From positions 1-64,000 of the forward strand of contig JACPUC010000001.1 of NCBI GenBank assembly GCA_016192455.1: a DNA stretch of 64,000 nucleotides, given 5' to 3'. The stretch comes from Candidatus Tectimicrobiota bacterium. GTDB lineage: Bacteria; JACPUC01. A model generated the notes under the pieces. It saw nothing but the letters and a program-made list of their open reading frames with translations, was not told the DNA's origin and made no database searches. Each line of letters opens with the position of its first letter. The first letter of the stretch is position 1. Positions 1 to 8,931 of this stretch are shown piece after piece. The position numbers and the translations under genes were made by a program.

Positions 1-166
1 AGGGTTGGTCGTGCGGAACTTGCGTGGCATAACACCCCCACCAGCAAACAGCGGAACAGGGCCGGCACCCCGCCGGTTGCGAACACCTCACAGTCTACCA
101 AAAACCAGACGCCTGCGGGGGTTTCTCCGACAGGCTCCTAGCGGCGGCAGGCCCTGCCAAAAAGCT

Positions 167-195
167 TTGACAGCCGCGCCCGCGCAGGCTACCAT
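167..195 (+). promoter_or_regulatory. sigma70-type promoter of tRNA-Leu(CAG)
   Basis: TTGACA (167-172), 17-nt spacer, TACCAT (190-195), about 40 nt upstream of the tRNA. Confidence 0.7.
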
Positions 196-236
196 AGATG
201 CGGAGAGACAGGCGACCTCACCCCGCCCCATGGTGT

Positions 237-323
237 GCCGAAGTGGCGGAACTGGTAGACGCGTGCGGTTCAGGGCCGTATGCCCGCAAGGGCGTGGGAG
301 TTCGATTCTCCCCTTCGGCACCA
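237..323 (+). tRNA. tRNA-Leu (anticodon CAG)
   Basis: GCCGAAG/CTTCGGC acceptor stem, ACCA end, D-arm GGCGGAACTGGTAGACGC, anticodon stem TGCGG/CCGTA with loop TTCAGGG, long variable arm, GTTCGATTC T-loop. Confidence 0.97.
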
Positions 324-487
324 AGTACTTCTTGTAAGTTATTGGAATTGCATCAGATATTTGACTTGATGGGTGTGGGAGTTCGTGCCAAAGTCGGTGG
401 GGCTTGAATAGGCACTTAAGCCGCTCTTGCTGCCACGTGCCGCGAGAACGAGCGATCCGTCGTGAGTTCAGCTTGAGCAACTCAACC
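312..487 (+). repeat. att-like island-end element, copy 1 (tRNA 3' end plus ~165 bp conserved flank)
   Basis: 312-344 identical to 2834-2866 (33 bp); collinear blocks GTGGGAGTTCG (375-385 / 2897-2907) and AGTTCAGCTTGAGCAACTCAACC (465-487 / 2989-3011). Confidence 0.9.
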
Positions 488-2866
488 GATCAGTCACCTG
501 CAGCCTCGACGAAGGCTTCAAGGAGAGACTGAGCCTTCAGCAGCGCTCATTCAAGACGACGCATTGCATTGAGCACGTTCATGTGGTGGAGAAAGAAAGC
601 TACGCTAAGGTCGGTGGCTCGAAGAACTCTAGCAAGAGATGACACTGGAGCGCCGCCTCCGTGGTTGCTCTACAGGGTAATTTTGACGTACGCTGATCTC
701 TTTTTGAGTTGAGCTACCTTCCCTTTCATTCCGAGCGTCGTAAGCTTCCGCTTCAGTTCGTTTGCGGCTCTTCTTGGAGTCCCGCCGCTTTTCGTCTCCA
801 GCAGGTAGAGGTATGCCGCGCCTGTTCGTGCTGATAGTTGCAAGATCCCTCCATCAAACTCGTGTTCGATATTCTCCTGAGTCTTGATTAGGCGGATTGA
901 AGCTGTAATTAAGAAATAACGCCGACGCGGACGCGCACTTTGCATCGACCGCGTGCTTTTTTGAAGCTGATTTCGAAGCTGCGCCACTCCGTGTAGCTCG
1001 TGTTGAAGTGATTCGTAGCCCGACTGGACGCGGCGGGGACTGCGTACGATGTGTCGAGTGACACCGTCCTGTAGGTTTGATGCTGACAGCCATATGCAGA
1101 CCTCGTCCGCATCTGTTCCTCGTTCCTGGAACTTTCCAAGACGAGTTAAAGCCCAGGGCTTAAGGTCAACTCTGCATTCGGGCCACGCTATTTTCACAAG
1201 CTGCCCAATGAGGTGCTTGTAAACTTGTTCGAGTTCGGGCTTGGCCATCCAAAAGATATCATCCTGTGGGTCTTCAGGGAAGCTGTCAAGCTTGTCAGTA
1301 ACCCATCGCATAAGGCGTCCTACGTGCTTCGTGAGCGCTTTCCCTAGGACATACACGTCTACGTAAATATGCGCGGGCTCAATGGCGTGTTGAGAATCAA
1401 GTGGTACATATTGAAGCCCTCCGACTGCAAACTCCGCAGTATCACGAGCCCTTGATATCTGAGCCGTTAGTAGCTTCGTCAGCATCTCCTCGGTATCATA
1501 GATGCTTCCAGGCAGGCTCGGGAAGAAACTTCGCAGAGAAATAGAACCGATCAGGCATGAGGTTCGCAGGTCACGCCGTAATAACTTTCCGCGCCGGACT
1601 TTGCTAAGCCGGTGGTCATACATCCAGGAAACGATTGTTCGTTCCGGGTTTTGCTCATTTTTCAGCAAACAAAAAACCCTCCACGCGACCACAGCTGCCA
1701 CCTGACGTGCCTCTGCTCGATGGTAAAAGCGCTCGAAGACCATATGCTCATATGCAACGAGGATCTCTCTGGACTGCATGAGAGCGTCACTTGTCATGCC
1801 TTTGGGATCGACCAGGTTTGAAAGCAAAGGGGAAAGTCCAACCAAGATCGGGGATTCAACAAGTACTGTGTCTTGATTCAGGTACGCTAATCGCCTTACT
1901 AAATTGAAGTACTCGTCGATCTCAGTCCAACGCAGATTCGGTTGACGCAGCTCCTTCAGCACAAACGGCGCGAACAAATCGTGAATCAGCCAGTCAGGCA
2001 CATTTACCCTGACCCGCTTGTGTGCGAAATCCGCTGCCAACTTGATTATGCTCAACAAGCGGCTAAGGATTAGATAGTCACCATCCGCAAGACTTGAATC
2101 AGCTTTATCCATTAGTAGGCTGACCCTGCTGTCATTCACAATATCATCAGAGCCATAGTTCTCCACGAGGAGAGCCATAAGTCTTTCACCGCTTTGTCTC
2201 TGAGAAAGAAGAAATCGGCACACACCCTTTTCGACACTGTATGTTCCCGGTAGGTGCCCAATGTTCGAGATGAGAGCAAGACACTGAAGGGCGGCAGCAG
2301 TAGAGGAAAAATTCGCATTACCGAGAGAGAAGTTGGTGTTTGTAGTCAGACTACGGAGGCGGGTAGCAACGTAAAGCATTGAGACCGTATAGTCCCAGCG
2401 ATTATGCGAGATCCCAGGATAAGCGAATTCCAGAGCCCCGATGTGCGGAAGGCAACGTAAACGGTGTGTTTCTCCTGCCTTTCTAAGGAGGGAATAGACG
2501 GTGTCCGCCGGGGGGTAAAGGGGAATACTGACCGGGCCAACGTTAGGAATGGTGTAGCGAATCGGATCCATGTTCTTATTATAGCATTAATTACCCAGCC
2601 ACGCTAGCCTCCGCCCTATTTGACGACGCACAAGTTCAGCGAAGGATTTCCATATACCTCAACTTCCCGCGACACCCTTCACATCTTTAGTCCCCCCAGA
2701 AACATGTCTTCCACAACTATCGTAGGAGAGCACCGGGGAGGATTGTCTAACACATTGAAGAACAAGGAGAGACTACGCCACCCGCAGCCTCAATTCCGCC
2801 AACCAACCCCGTCCAAGTGACGTATGTGTCGCACCTTCGGCACCAAGTACTTCTTGTAAGTTATTG
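324..2866. mobile_element. tRNA-Leu-anchored genomic islet (about 2.5 kb, low GC, no integrase)
   Basis: Flanked by a 33-bp direct repeat containing the tRNA 3' end; visibly lower GC than the backbone; single cargo gene; IHF-like TAAnnnnTTGA motifs near both ends. Confidence 0.85.
670..2571 (-). CDS. Degenerate HD-domain (SAMHD1/dNTPase-like) protein with C-terminal PD-(D/E)xK-like nuclease; putative defence protein
   Basis: 633 aa; RLRCLPHIG..AYPGISHNRWDY, LISNIGHLPGTY and VRRLAYLNQD follow the SAMHD1-type motif order but lack the metal ligands; C-terminal EFDGG-x-LLETKS. Confidence 0.7.
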   Translation of the reverse strand: MDPIRYTIPNVGPVSIPLYPPADTVYSLLRKAGETHRLRCLPHIGALEFAYPGISHNRWDYTVSMLYVATRLRSLTTNTNFSLGNANFSSTAAALQCLALISNIGHLPGTYSVEKGVCRFLLSQRQSGERLMALLVENYGSDDIVNDSRVSLLMDKADSSLADGDYLILSRLLSIIKLAADFAHKRVRVNVPDWLIHDLFAPFVLKELRQPNLRWTEIDEYFNLVRRLAYLNQDTVLVESPILVGLSPLLSNLVDPKGMTSDALMQSREILVAYEHMVFERFYHRAEARQVAAVVAWRVFCLLKNEQNPERTIVSWMYDHRLSKVRRGKLLRRDLRTSCLIGSISLRSFFPSLPGSIYDTEEMLTKLLTAQISRARDTAEFAVGGLQYVPLDSQHAIEPAHIYVDVYVLGKALTKHVGRLMRWVTDKLDSFPEDPQDDIFWMAKPELEQVYKHLIGQLVKIAWPECRVDLKPWALTRLGKFQERGTDADEVCIWLSASNLQDGVTRHIVRSPRRVQSGYESLQHELHGVAQLRNQLQKSTRSMQSARPRRRYFLITASIRLIKTQENIEHEFDGGILQLSARTGAAYLYLLETKSGGTPRRAANELKRKLTTLGMKGKVAQLKKRSAYVKITL

Positions 2867-3011
2867 TAATTACATGCGATATGAAAGTGTCTAGGCGTGG
2901 GAGTTCGGGCCGAAGGTGCTGGAGTTTCGATTGGGCAGACCAGTCATCCTCCCACCATTTGCTGCGTGAGTACGAGCAATCCTTCCTCAGTTCAGCTTGA
3001 GCAACTCAACC
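2834..3011 (+). repeat. att-like island-end element, copy 2
   Basis: See copy 1; also a perfect 11-bp inverted repeat GCACCTTCGGC (2831-2841) / GCCGAAGGTGC (2909-2919). Confidence 0.9.
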
Positions 3012-3191
3012 AGTCAGCGCCACTGGTGCGCCGCGGTCCTGCTCGACATCGAGCCGCGCCTGAGGAAAGCATTGCGTGGCCGCGAAACCGGGGGAACTTC
3101 AGGACCGGAAGCGCGAGCGCACCTGGGACTACGTTGACTTCCCCGAGCAGCGCGGCGCCTGGCGCTGCTTCCGCCGCGGCCTTCCCTCACC

Positions 3192-4025
3192 TTATTTCCA
3201 CAGGCTGGCGAGGAGAATCCGCAGCGCCACAAACGCCAGGGCTACGGCAAGCGCGCGGATGATCCAGGAGCCGGAGAGGCGATTGGAAAGCCGCGCGCCC
3301 AGCGGCGCTCCCGCGAGGACACCGGTGGCCAGGGCTAACGTGAGGTAGACCCCGTGGTGGAACGTTCCTGTCGCCACGTGCACGAGCGTTCCGGTAAACG
3401 CCATGATGGCCAGGATGAAATGCGAGGTAGCCGTGGCGATATGCACCGGGAAGTTCAGCACCTGCACGAGCACGGGCACGTGGATGATGCCGCCGCCGAT
3501 GCCCAACAGACTGGAGAAATACCCCACCAGCAGGCTCACCCCGACGCCGGTGGGCAGGTGATACGAGAAGCTGTGGGCCATGCCGTTCGCCTCCACGAGC
3601 GTGCGCGACATGTTCTGACCCCTGGTCGGCTTTGCCGCCCTTTGGGTACGCTGCGGGCGGGCGATGAGATAGGTCGATGCCGCGATCAACAGCAGACCGA
3701 AAATGAGATTGAACGCTCGCCGCGGAATGAAAGAGGTCGAGAATGCCCCCAGAATAGCCCCCGGAATGGTTGCCGCGGAGAAGAAAAGTCCGGACTTGTA
3801 GTCGATTCGCCGCATGCGGCCGTAGGCTACTGATCCAGACAGGGCGTTGAAGAAAACAACCGCCAGGGAAACACTGGTAATCAGCTCCGGGCTCTCGCGC
3901 GGATAGAGCAACAGAAGAACCGGCACGAGGATGAATCCCCCGCCGGCGCCCACCAGCGTTCCGCCGACGCCGACGGCAAACCCCATCGGGATGAACCAGA
4001 GATAAGGCGCCAGCGTCTCCAGCAC
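3192..4025 (-). CDS. Sulfite exporter TauE/SafE (TSUP) family membrane protein
   Basis: GTLVGAGGGFILVP and SLLGIGGGIIHVP duplicated motifs, multiple TM segments; GTG start after GGAGGAGG RBS. Confidence 0.9.
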   Translation of the reverse strand: MLETLAPYLWFIPMGFAVGVGGTLVGAGGGFILVPVLLLLYPRESPELITSVSLAVVFFNALSGSVAYGRMRRIDYKSGLFFSAATIPGAILGAFSTSFIPRRAFNLIFGLLLIAASTYLIARPQRTQRAAKPTRGQNMSRTLVEANGMAHSFSYHLPTGVGVSLLVGYFSSLLGIGGGIIHVPVLVQVLNFPVHIATATSHFILAIMAFTGTLVHVATGTFHHGVYLTLALATGVLAGAPLGARLSNRLSGSWIIRALAVALAFVALRILLASLWK

Positions 4026-4454
4026 GGAAAGGCCTCCTCCCGAACATCGCGGGTTGCTTTCGTCGGCGTCGGGAAAGAACGACGCGCCGGGTTCCGGCGT
4101 CGCCGGCGGCTGGCGCGTCCCACGCCCCTTGGTTCTGCCTCGCGCCCTTGCGGGCTGATGCGGCGCAGCGCGGCATGCCGGCCGCACGCGGTTCCGGGAT
4201 GCGCCGCATACAGCTCGCTGTCGGCGCTACCCGTCCGGCGTACGCGCTGCGTGGCTTCCTGTCAGGCGTTCGTGTTGAGGGGAGCGAGAAACACCGTGCA
4301 GTCTCGGCCTTCAGCGCCTCCCCTCGTCCCTGGGCTAGCTTCCCTCGCAGGAGTGCGAGGCCCAGCGGCACGACCTTCCAGGGGCCGCGCGAGAAGCGGG
4401 CCCAAGAAGAGCTGATCCGAATCCCTGGGACAATGGGGTAACTACCCGCCGCCC

Positions 4455-6035
4455 TTACGGCTGGTAGACCGCGTCGGTGCCGTCATCCAGGTGCCAGCCC
4501 GTAATGGAGAAGTCTTTCAGCACCTCGTCGGCTTCGCAGGGGAAGGGACAGAGGGCGCAGGTGCTCAGGAAGGGCTGCTCCGCGGTCATGAGTTCGAATG
4601 CCAAGGGGGCGGTGCGGAAGCCGGTGCGCAGCCGTGCGTTGTCGAACGTGCTGCACATCTCCTCGACGGTCAAGTCAGCATTGCCGCCCATGGCTTCGGC
4701 GGCTAGGTTGCCCATCCGGTAGGCCGCCTGCGAGGACAGGGGGTCGAGACTGCCGTAGGAGGCGTATTCGGCGTAATGCGCCCCCAGGAGTTGGATGGAA
4801 AAGGGCACTTCCAGGAGATTGGAGACAAAGCCGTAGAGGATGTCGTTCGCAATGTGGGCCATGACGCAGGTGCCGCACAGGGTGATCGTGCGTTGACCAT
4901 CGCCCGCCGTGCACGATTCCGTGGGACAGATGGACTCGTCATTGGCATTCCTCTTCGGCCGCACCTGGAAGTCGATGTTTACGCCGTTTCGTTCCAGGAA
5001 CCCGGTGCCGTCGTACCAGCCGATTTCGCTGGCGGGGAGGTTCGCCACGCGCTGTTTGATCCGCCGCAGCGCTTGCAGCAGCACATTGTTGATGTCCGGC
5101 CCGCAATAGCTGGCCTGCGGATCGATCTCTTCCCCAAAGAGCGTGGGCGGCGGGGTATCGCGGGGGTCGTCGCCGTCATCGCCGCCGCTCACCGTGCCGC
5201 CGTTGCTGACGGAGGTGCCGCCGTTGCTGACGGAGGTGCCGCCGACGCCGGTCTCGGTTCCCGTGCCGGTTCCGGTCTCTTGCGCTCCGAGACTGAGTCC
5301 GGTGGTCTCTTCCCAGGCCTGGACCTGGGTGCCGCTGATGGTGAGTTGCATGGGGACGAGACTGCTCACCGTGCCGAAGCCGCAGCGGGTGGGATCGGGA
5401 TCCGCGAGCTGTCCCTGGTCAACGGAGACCGCGAAGCCGGTGATGTGGTAGTGGCTCTCCGGGCAGCGATCCGGGCCGGCGAGCCGGAACTGGGCGACGG
5501 GGAAGTACTGCGCGCCGATGCCGAAGACCATCACCGAGAAGGAGCGTTCGGCATCAGGCGGGACCGGCCCGCCCTCGGCGCAGCTTGCTGCTCCCACCAG
5601 GCAATCCAGGGCCACGCCGACCTCCGGCCAGACCTCCTGAAGTTGAAACAGCACGGGGCCCGCCCCGGGCATGAAGTCCAACCTCACCTCAAACGCTTCT
5701 CCGCCGACGGTGACCATGGGGATGCGGAGTTCTCCGCTGGCCAGCGAGAATGTCGCGGGGTCAGGGTGGACATCGCAGGTAGGTATGGCGTTCTCCAGCT
5801 CAAATTCCGGCAGGGCGGGATCAGGCAGGCGAAGGGTTACCCGGAAACTCCCCGCGTCCGGAATGTAGACGACAGGCAGTTCAAGTTGACCGGTAGCGAA
5901 GGAGAAGGTGAAGGGTTCTACCTCCCCTTGGGCCGCCCCGCTCTCCCCTTCGTCGCACCTCGGCGGCGTCTGCGCGATACCGGCGCCAGCCAAACACAAG
6001 CTGAGTATTAGGGCCAAGCCGGCGATTCTATTCAT
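4455..6035 (-). CDS. Secreted Cys-rich protein with Gly/Thr-rich linker and C-terminal Ntox44-like domain
   Basis: Signal peptide MNRIAGLALILSLCLAGAGIAQ; duplicated beta-rich N-terminal unit; GGTSVSN repeats; TITLCGTC..ANDILYGFV..LLGAHYAE..D...AYRMG pattern. Confidence 0.6.
   Translation of the reverse strand: MNRIAGLALILSLCLAGAGIAQTPPRCDEGESGAAQGEVEPFTFSFATGQLELPVVYIPDAGSFRVTLRLPDPALPEFELENAIPTCDVHPDPATFSLASGELRIPMVTVGGEAFEVRLDFMPGAGPVLFQLQEVWPEVGVALDCLVGAASCAEGGPVPPDAERSFSVMVFGIGAQYFPVAQFRLAGPDRCPESHYHITGFAVSVDQGQLADPDPTRCGFGTVSSLVPMQLTISGTQVQAWEETTGLSLGAQETGTGTGTETGVGGTSVSNGGTSVSNGGTVSGGDDGDDPRDTPPPTLFGEEIDPQASYCGPDINNVLLQALRRIKQRVANLPASEIGWYDGTGFLERNGVNIDFQVRPKRNANDESICPTESCTAGDGQRTITLCGTCVMAHIANDILYGFVSNLLEVPFSIQLLGAHYAEYASYGSLDPLSSQAAYRMGNLAAEAMGGNADLTVEEMCSTFDNARLRTGFRTAPLAFELMTAEQPFLSTCALCPFPCEADEVLKDFSITGWHLDDGTDAVYQP
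5194..5244. repeat. 21-bp tandem repeat (about 2.4 units) encoding the GGTSVSN linker
   Basis: GTGCCGCCGTTGCTGACGGAG twice plus a partial copy. Confidence 0.9.
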
Positions 6036-6139
6036 GACGGTGTTCCCCCCCTCGTCTGGACTGATTCGGCGAGAGCCCCAACCGCAGTCGGACTCCTTGC
6101 AGAACCAAACAGATTGAAGCCTCCCGGCCACTACTCTTC

Positions 6140-6262
6140 CTATCGTTTGAAGATGTCAAGCAACAATGCGACAATTGAAGACGAATACAGAACCAGTGAG
6201 AACACTTGTAGAACATTCACCAAATCAAAGCGGCTCACCCAATCCATTGTCTCGCTGGCCAC
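6140..6262 (-). CDS. Putative small single-TM membrane peptide (35-40 aa)
   Basis: AAGGAGG just upstream of the GTG; MDWVSRFDLVNVLQVFSLVLYSSSIVALLLDIFKR hydrophobic helix; lies upstream of the secreted protein on the same strand. Confidence 0.35.
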   Translation of the reverse strand: MASETMDWVSRFDLVNVLQVFSLVLYSSSIVALLLDIFKR

Positions 6263-6443
6263 CGCCTCCTTGCAAGGCCGAGAACCACCACCCCAAGACG
6301 GAGACGGGATTCGGCGTGCCACGATTCAGCGGAGCTCCTGTATTCATTAGGTCGAGTACGTTATCGAACAACCAGGGAATATTTCACTGGCAAAAAACTG
6401 CAGCTCGGCCATGCACGTGCTTGAGAGTGAGGTGCGCACCGTA

Positions 6444-6476
6444 CCCTCGGCGCCAGAGTATCTTGTAAAGTTATTG
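6444..6476 (+). repeat. Degenerate third att-like copy
   Basis: CCCTCGGCGCCAGAGTATCTTGTAAAGTTATTG versus CCTTCGGCACCAAGTACTTCTTGTAAGTTATTG; overlaps an IHF-like AAAGTTATTGATT. Confidence 0.65.
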
Positions 6477-6559
6477 ATTTCAACGAACAATTGGCATTGA
6501 ACCAGGTTGCTTAGTCGTGCCCTCCAGCCTCGACTGATGGTCCAACAAAACCCCCGGGC

Positions 6560-6620
6560 GGGGGTCTGCTTGGCAATGCCCAGCGCGCGGCTGATCTCAG
6601 CGATCGGGATATTTTCCTCG
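6560..6620 (-). pseudogene. Remnant helix-turn-helix (resolvase/transposase-type C-terminal HTH)
   Basis: ENIPIAEISRALGIAKQT in ORF 6347..6673, next to att copy 3. Confidence 0.4.
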
Positions 6621-6669
6621 ATCGGTGCCGAGGAACTGGTCCTCTGCTCTGCCGCCAATCGTGAGCAGT

Positions 6670-8049
6670 TCATCTTCTCATCTGAACTTGCGCCTCTTCC
6701 CAGAGTTTGGCTGCCCTGACCTTGGTATCAACGGAGAGTTCCAAGCGCTGCGCGTACGGTCCCAGCGGACGGGTCGAATCGATGCCGACCTTTGTGGTAA
6801 CGCCTTGCTCCGTCGTCGAAGGATCCAAAATGACCCCCATGGAGCGCGGCATCACCATGATGCTTCGATCTCCCTGCATTCGAGTAGACATCGCCCAGAG
6901 CACATCTTTTTCATCAAAGACATCCACATCGTCATCGACTACAATCACCAGTTTGCAGCCATGATCAATTCCGAAAGCGGCATAGATAGCCTGTTGAGGC
7001 TGGCCTTCCGCGGTTTTCTTGATGGAGATATAGCAGTGGAAAATTCCACAGCCCGAAATCGGCACATGGACCGCTTTGACATTAGGAACCGTGCGACGCA
7101 CTGCCTCAATAACATCAGTTTCACGAGTAAATCCCATGATCGTGTTGAGGTCTCCAGCAAAACCAGAACAGATACTCTGATAAAGAGGCTTGTCCCGATA
7201 CGATACGGCTTCTACAAGGAAGACATGCCGGGTGCTGCGGTACGAGGCATAGCCTGTAAATTCGCTGAACGGCCCTTCCGGTTCACGCACGCCGGAAAGA
7301 ATCCTGCCTTCCAGGACGATCTCGGACCAGGCTGGAACCATGAGATCAAGCGTCGCGCAGCGCGCCACTTCCATCGGCTCGCCGAAGAGTCCGCCGATCA
7401 GTTGGAACTTACTTTCGTCGTAGGGCAACAGCGCCATGGATGCCAGAGAGTGTATCGGATGCAAGCCGATACAGATGGCCGCCGGCAGGTCCTGCTTCAG
7501 CTCCTCCGCCCGAAGCTGATACTCCCAGACGCGGCGACGGCCGTGCAGACTGATTCCGAGTCTGTTTTTGCACTTGACCATGCAACGGTGATACCCCAAC
7601 GTATCGGTGCCGGTTATGGGATCACGTGTGACCACCATGGCGGCGGTGATGTAGGGAGCGGGATCAACCGGGAAATAGGTAAGAATCGGCAGCTTCGTCA
7701 GGTCAACTTCGCTACCAGTCTGCACGTTGGCGTGAAATGGGGCCTTGCGAATTTCGCTGGGGGCGATTCGGTTCACACTGCGTCGGATATAGGTTTGTGT
7801 TGCCTGCTCCAGCGGCACGCCCAAGGCATCGGCAAAACGTTTCCGATGGGAAAGCACGCCTGTAACCACCGGCAGGTCGGACCCCTTGATACGGTGAAAG
7901 AGAAACAAGGGATAATGACCATGCCGTTCGGCTTCGAGCATGACGCCGGTTACGTCGTACTTGGGATCAACCTCATCCTGTATATGAAGCACTTCATCGG
8001 GTCGGTCGGCTTCCATTTTGGCAATAAAATCGCGTAACTCCTGGGGCAT
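6670..8049 (-). CDS. UbiD family (prFMN-dependent) decarboxylase
   Basis: EIVLEGRI..EPEGPFSEFTGY, KLVIVVDDDVDVFD..VLWAMSTR, LDPS, KVGIDST; lower GC than the backbone. Confidence 0.92.
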   Translation of the reverse strand: MPQELRDFIAKMEADRPDEVLHIQDEVDPKYDVTGVMLEAERHGHYPLFLFHRIKGSDLPVVTGVLSHRKRFADALGVPLEQATQTYIRRSVNRIAPSEIRKAPFHANVQTGSEVDLTKLPILTYFPVDPAPYITAAMVVTRDPITGTDTLGYHRCMVKCKNRLGISLHGRRRVWEYQLRAEELKQDLPAAICIGLHPIHSLASMALLPYDESKFQLIGGLFGEPMEVARCATLDLMVPAWSEIVLEGRILSGVREPEGPFSEFTGYASYRSTRHVFLVEAVSYRDKPLYQSICSGFAGDLNTIMGFTRETDVIEAVRRTVPNVKAVHVPISGCGIFHCYISIKKTAEGQPQQAIYAAFGIDHGCKLVIVVDDDVDVFDEKDVLWAMSTRMQGDRSIMVMPRSMGVILDPSTTEQGVTTKVGIDSTRPLGPYAQRLELSVDTKVRAAKLWEEAQVQMRR

Positions 8050-8931
8050 GGTCCTCACCCTCCTGCACAAACGAGTACTGCCCTTGGAGGTGACGGCGAC
8101 GGGCCATGGTCCGCGTCTGGACCGCCACCTCGGCCGCGATCCTCGAAAAGATCGCGCGACATTGTAAAACCGAAACCGAGCGAGTCTTCTTTAGGGAAAG
8201 GACTACCCTTTAAGGGTAAATGTTGTACACACAAGCGCTGCAACGCCGCATGGGGCTAACCATGGGCAACCCAAAGGGTGAAGGTTGAGCATGGCACGAA
8301 TCGACGCCCGCCGCAAGGTTGAATCACCACGCCTCGGCGAGGTGCAGATCGCCACGGAGCCCCCGACCGCCAGTGAGGGCGGGAGCCGCTTGGTGCGCCA
8401 CCTGGCCAGCATCGGGCCGGCGCCGTATGTCGAGCGGCTTTCCCAGTGCCTGCGTGTCACCCCTCATCCATTCCTTGCCACCTCATGCAATGATTCCGGA
8501 CAGATGCTGGAGCACTGGGACGAAGAGGCGGGCACGGCGAGCGCTGGCCGGCGCGGCTCCCCACCTTCCACCAGCGCGACGCGCAGGCAGGCCTGCGGGC
8601 CGGCTCAATTCAAGCGGCTGCTGCTTCACCATCCTGAGCCGTTCCGAGCCGCCCAGCTTCAGCTTCAGCTTCGGCGCAAGGCGCAAGCCGGCGCACCGCC
8701 AGCGACGCCTGCCTCACCGCCCCTGACCCGACGGGGACCGCCCCCGCAGGCGCCGCAAGGGCACCTCGCCTCCCCTTTGAAAACCAGCCAGGAAAGCCGT
8801 ACCTTTATAGCCGTCGTTGACAGTGGGGGGATTCGCTGCTCGTTCGCGTTGCCGTTGCAGCTTCTGAACGGCATCCCACCAGGGGACGGTCGAGGACGGG
8901 AGTCTTCTTGGGAGGCTCTCGAGGAGGTGCC

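Noticed and set aside
88..480. 130-aa minus-strand ORF reading through the tRNA (..KYLVPKGRIELP..), a possible integrase C-terminus
   Set aside because: It is the tRNA antisense shadow; the equivalent frame in repeat copy 2 has a stop and no recombinase motifs are visible.
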